From the NCBI GenBank assembly GCA_964450735.1, contig CAYVDC010000007.1, positions 1,374 through 65,373 on the forward strand: DNA of 64,000 bases, given 5' to 3'. This DNA is from an uncultured Candidatus Saccharibacteria bacterium (GTDB taxonomy: Bacteria > Patescibacteriota > Minisyncoccia > Phycocordibacterales > UBA9973). Shown here piece by piece: positions 63,996 to 64,000 of this stretch. Positions within the stretch are counted from its first letter, which is position 1; every line of letters starts with the position of its first letter. The notes beneath the pieces are model-generated. The model was not told where the DNA came from, ran no database searches, and saw only the letters and a list, made by a program, of their open reading frames with translations. The position numbers and the translations under genes are program-made.

Positions 63996-64000
63996 GAGAA

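Noticed and set aside
1-64000. CRISPR arrays, cas genes, integrases/transposases, reverse transcriptase (DGR) near the variable fibre genes
   Set aside because: I looked for direct-repeat/spacer periodicity and for YxDD RT motifs, integrase R..HxxR..Y or DDE signatures in all ORFs, and found none. The variability of the fibre paralogs is therefore not attributable to a DGR in this window.

Overview
The window is about 40% GC and gene-dense, mostly minus-strand, and looks like a reduced-genome bacterium, probably Candidate Phyla Radiation (Patescibacteria). Supporting signs are truncated core enzymes (PheS 240 aa, PheT 601 aa, ThrS 584 aa, DnaE 1063 aa, SMC-like 760 aa) and unusual domain fusions. 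Housekeeping genes recognisable from the translations are: the rpoB N-terminus (off the left edge), plsC, trmD, a KH-domain protein, rpsP, rnr, an SMC-like ATPase, rnc, a nusB-NUDIX fusion, rpmF, rnhB, dnaE, thrS, gyrB, pheS/pheT, a UvrD-family helicase with C-terminal RecB/Cas4-like nuclease, murC, murD, an M24 peptidase, htpX, an RRM protein, tRNA-Leu(CAG) and tRNA-Ser(GGA). The accessory content worth following up is as follows. (1) Three paralogous about 800-aa secreted fibre-like proteins. Each has a conserved two-Cys N-terminal module, a Gly/Ala/Asn-rich periodic repeat core, a C-terminal peptidase-S74 intramolecular-chaperone autoproteolysis domain of the phage tail-spike/endosialidase type, and a Pro/Glu-rich tail. 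Two copies flank a secreted protein carrying a T9SS-type C-terminal sorting domain; the third sits beside a collagen-like (GXY)n protein and tRNA-Ser. (2) An Mrr-type restriction endonuclease gene inserted exactly between pheS and pheT. (3) A polyamine island: SpeA-like arginine decarboxylase, a deoxyhypusine/homospermidine-synthase-like gene, agmatinase and two SAM methyltransferases. (4) A NUDIX expansion: five Nudix domains in the window, three in tandem before the tRNA-Leu. (5) A tri-domain cell-wall protein: an L,D-transpeptidase-like domain with the catalytic Cys replaced, an S11 D,D-carboxypeptidase and a CapA metallophosphatase. (6) Several highly structured intergenic elements, chiefly a roughly 230-bp multi-hairpin region bounded by an inverted repeat between rnc and smc, and 18-30 bp perfect palindromes. 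No CRISPR array, integrase, transposase or reverse transcriptase was seen.
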